From contig NW_015168656.1 in the NCBI RefSeq assembly GCF_001447785.1, forward strand, positions 1 to 64,000: a stretch of 64,000 bases of DNA, given 5' to 3'. The stretch comes from Gekko japonicus. Taxonomy: Eukaryota. The number at the start of each line of letters is the position of its first letter. Within the stretch, counting starts at the first letter, position 1. Positions 60,699 to 64,000 of this stretch are shown here, piece by piece. A model generated the notes under the pieces. It saw nothing but the letters and a program-made list of their open reading frames with translations, was not told the DNA's origin and did not search any database. A program made the position numbers and the translations under genes.

Positions 60699-61418
60699 CA
60701 AGGGGGGACCCGCGATACTCGCGGGGGGGGGGGCAGAGGAGGAAGCAGCAGGAGGAGGGAAGAACCCCCCCATCCCGGCNNNNNNNNNNNNNNNNNNNNN
60801 NNNNNNNNNNNNNNNNNNNNNNNNNNNNNNNNNNNNNNNNNNNNNNNNNNNNNNNNNNNNNNNNNNNNNNNNNNNNNNNNNNNNNNNNNNNNNNNNNNNN
60901 NNNNNNNNNNNNNNNNNNNNNNNNNNNNNNNNNNNNNNNNNNNNNNNNNNNNNNNNNNNNNNNNNNNNNNNNNNNNNNNNNNNNNNNNNNNNNNNNNNNN
61001 NNNNNNNNNNNNNNNNNNNNNNNNNNNNNNNNNNNNNNNNNNNNNNNNNNNNNNNNNNNNNNNNNNNNNNNNNNNNNNNNNNNNNNNNNNNNNNNNNNNN
61101 NNNNNNNNNNNNNNNNNNNNNNNNNNNNNNNNNNNNNNNNNNNNNNNNNNNNNNNNNNNNNNNNNNNNNNNNNNNNNNNNNNNNNNNNNNNNNNNNNNNN
61201 NNNNNNNNNNNNNNNNNNCGAGGCACGCACAGGAGACGCTCTTGCACTTTCGGGGGGATTTAAACATCCCCCCGAATTTTTTTTTGACTTTTTTTATTTT
61301 TGTGCACATGTGGGGACTGCCCCACATGTGCACAAACCTCCCCCTGCCCCCCAAGTGCCCCCAAAGTGCAGATATAGATATCAGCACGGAGGGGGCAACT
61401 TGTGTATTAGTATAAGGA
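60699..61418 (-). mobile_element. Non-autonomous Helitron (copy 2), interior mostly in a gap
   Basis: On the - strand it starts TCCTTATACTAATAC and ends with the perfect hairpin CCCGCGA-GTA-TCGCGGG and CTTG, at an A|T site. 61225-61418 is homologous to 36045-36238. Confidence 0.82.
60780..61218. other. Assembly gap inside Helitron copy 2
   Basis: N run with GC-rich edges. Confidence 1.
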
Positions 61419-62125
61419 TGTTATAAGAAAGAGGCCTTAATTTGAGAACTTTGTCTTAGTTTTTCTGTCAAATAACAAATATTGCTGTGCTTGGCCATTT
61501 GTTGGTAGAAAGTAATGACTGCTTGGGTTGTTGATAGATTTTCTCATAGAAGTTGAGGTAACTGTGACTGTTGAGGACAGTTCTCTGCAATCTTTAACTT
61601 TTCTGTTTTGAAACATGTTGGGTGTCATTGCTAGGAAGAACTATGAGAATGAGAAAGCTAAAACTGGCTGTGCTGTACAGTAACACAGCTTGCATTACAT
61701 AATTGTACTGTAGGCTGTATTCCTTTGACTCAGCAGTGTGTGTCAGAATACATTTTGAACCTGCATATTGTCTGCAGTGACATTTCAGCAGCTGGCAAGT
61801 TTATCTCTCTTTCCTGTGGTAGAAAGTGGCATTTTTAAAGGAATCGCTGTAATTTTATTCTAAACTGGGAGTAAGGCCTGTTGTGAGAAAAACTACAATG
61901 AGCTCTAGAAAGAGGCTCCAGGTAAGTGTCCCAGCTGTGACTGGTGGGGTCGCGAGGGAAGGGGAAAATAAAGGGAGGTGAGCCATGTTTATTTCCTTCT
62001 GCTAAGCTATAAGGCAGGGCTGTGTCAAGTCATTTTGCTGCCCCAATTGGGTAGTATGGAAGGAGAGCCGCATGCCATGTTTTCTGGGTTTCAAGGGTCT
62101 GGAAAGCAGTTCTGTAGCCACTTAC

Positions 62126-62458
62126 AGGGTTGCCAACTCTGGGTTGGGAAATACCTGTAAATGTGAGGGGTAGAGCCTGGGGAGGGCAGGGTTGGGTTTG
62201 GCGTGGGGAGGGACCTCAGCAGGGTATAATGCCATAGAGGCCACTGCCCAAAACATCCATTTTCTCCAGGAGAACTGATCTTGGAGATCTCCAGGTGCTG
62301 CTTGGAGGTTGGCAATACTAAGAGGAGGGCCAGGTTTGTTGAAGGACTTCAGTGAGGTATGATGCCGTAGAGCTCATCCTCCAAAGCAACCATTTTCTCC
62401 ATGGGGACTGATCTCTGAAGACTGGAGATCAATTGTAATTCAGAGAGATGTCCAGGCT
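62126..62458 (+). mobile_element. MITE with AGGGTTGCCAAC / GTTGGCAA TIRs plus an adjacent partial copy
   Basis: 62126-62320 is bounded by the TIRs; 62321-62458 repeats the ccattttctcca.g.gaactgatct body. Confidence 0.65.
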
Positions 62459-63029
62459 TTCCTTTTCCCTCCAGCTCCTTTCAATTCCAAAACTGCTTCC
62501 TGTTTAACACTTTAACTGATTAACTAACTGACTTCCTGCTAATGCCCCACGGCCTTTTGGGACTCCCAGTTTGGGAGTTGTAGTTCTAATTCCCTTTGCT
62601 ATAGTTGCAGTAAGGCCAGCTAAGAACTACAACTTCCAGGGTGTAATGCGTCAAAAGTTGGGGTGTAAGAATGGAGGAGCCAGTGGGACGGGCCAATAGG
62701 ACACCAAGGCAGCTTCCCCAGGCTTTTCTATCTCATTTTCCCCCTCCATGTTCTCTGGTTCAGTAATATTTTTGTTATGGTTGCGGGAAACCGAACTATG
62801 GACATTTTAGTTGCCTCTGGCTTTTCCACACTTTGGAAGCATGCTTTTGCTTACAATAGAATTGAGTGTGTAGTTCTGTTGATCAGAAGATGAAGAAATG
62901 CTGTTGCTTGACTTGTGCGCTTTGTAGAACACGAAACAGACTTGGAGGTCAAAGATTTTCATTCATTTAACATTACTTTTGATATAAACATGCTGTGACA
63001 TGTACCCCATAACTATATTAAATTATATA

Positions 63030-63369
63030 GTAAAGGTTTCCCTTGCTCGAAAGCCAGTCGAACCCAACTCTAGGGGTGCAGTGCTCATGTCCGTTTCCAA
63101 GCCGAAGACCCAGCGCTGTCCGAAGACGTTTCCGTGGTCATGTGGCCGGCATGACTAGACGCCGAGGCACATGGAATGCCGTTACCTTCCCACCAAAGTG
63201 GTACTTATTTATCTACTTGCAATTTCTTGCTTTCGAACTGCTAGGTTGGCAGGAGCTGGGACCAGAGATGTGAGCTCACTTTGTCATGAGGCACTCAGGT
63301 CTCGAACTGCTGAACTACTGACCTTCTGGTCTGCAGTTCAGTGTCTTAACCACTGACCCACCGCAGCCG
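63030..63369 (-). mobile_element. Sauria SINE
   Basis: Reverse-complement match to 43065-43417. TSD tattaaattatata / tattaaagtatata. Confidence 0.92.
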
Positions 63370-64000
63370 TATTAAAGTATATATTACGGTTTAATTTGTT
63401 GTGTTTCTTGTCATAGGTTGGTATTTGGTTTGTAGTGAAATTCTTTCCATGCTCCGTCTTAATTTTATCTTTGTACCCTTAAGCCCTAATTTTGTTTCTT
63501 TGGGGTAATTTTGTTAGGAGACATGCTTCTGTAACTGAAAGGTATCCACATTTAGGGGTAGCAGTTCCTCATGTAAGACAGCATGGCAATATCTTAGTTG
63601 TGGTTTAATTGGAAGATGCTCATCCTACTACTCTTAATCAAACTGGCTAATTCAAACTCTGAACAGAACTATATGAGGTAGCAACAGTGTTGTAGATTGA
63701 GTAGTGTGTGAAGTATTTTGAAGAGTTTAGAGAGCTAATTAGTTTTTGGAGAAGTATCATTTTCTTAAATAGATATCGCTCTGTGTTTATAGGTGGTGAG
63801 CCCTTTGGCAGAAATGAAATGAATTGTTGCTGGCACATGTTACTCCTTATTCCAGTCACTGGGCATGTTCTAATAAATTGAGAGAATTGCCTGAGTTTCT
63901 TTGAGCAGACTATGGCTTCCTCAGACTTGTGTGCATAGCATTTCACACTGGAATAGCTAAACAATATTCAGAGAACCATCTTCTTTTCTCAGAGTTGGTC

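Noticed and set aside
62572-62638. Inverted ZNF143-like sites tgggagttgtagttct / agaactacaacttcca as a promoter
   Set aside because: This motif is common in squamate repeat-derived palindromes, and there is no CpG island or exon evidence.
1-64000. Frequent G/C homopolymer runs as functional G-quadruplex elements
   Set aside because: Mostly isolated single runs inside repeats. They are more likely lineage mutational bias or sequencing behaviour, with no positional pattern.

Overview
Vertebrate genomic DNA from a squamate reptile, most likely a gecko (inferred from Sauria, Squam2-like and Squam3-like SINEs, BovB, and reptile-type L1/L2/CR1). The only host gene is the 5' part of PPP1R12A (MYPT1) on the + strand. 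It has a CpG-island promoter (~5.6-6.7 kb), coding exon 1 (6281-6517), a 53.8-kb intron 1, coding exon 2 (60354-60484) and the start of intron 2. The rest is non-coding and full of transposable elements, several with termini and target-site duplications (TSDs) readable base by base. The most notable elements are: (i) two copies of a non-autonomous Helitron family (TC...hairpin-CTTG, inserted A|T with no TSD) with different, partly CpG-island-like cargo, one splitting an older hAT and carrying an extra inverted 3' end; (ii) a young, full-length 2.56-kb L1-mobilised 'half-L1'-like element with an intact 190-aa ORF and no ORF2; (iii) an 856-bp hAT carrying what looks like a captured promoter, first exon and splice donor; (iv) a Penelope-type inverted repeat with hammerhead core motifs; (v) a 31-bp templated insertion and a possible ~95-bp TSD. 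Repeat family names come from recognition by eye, not from database searches. There are four assembly gaps.
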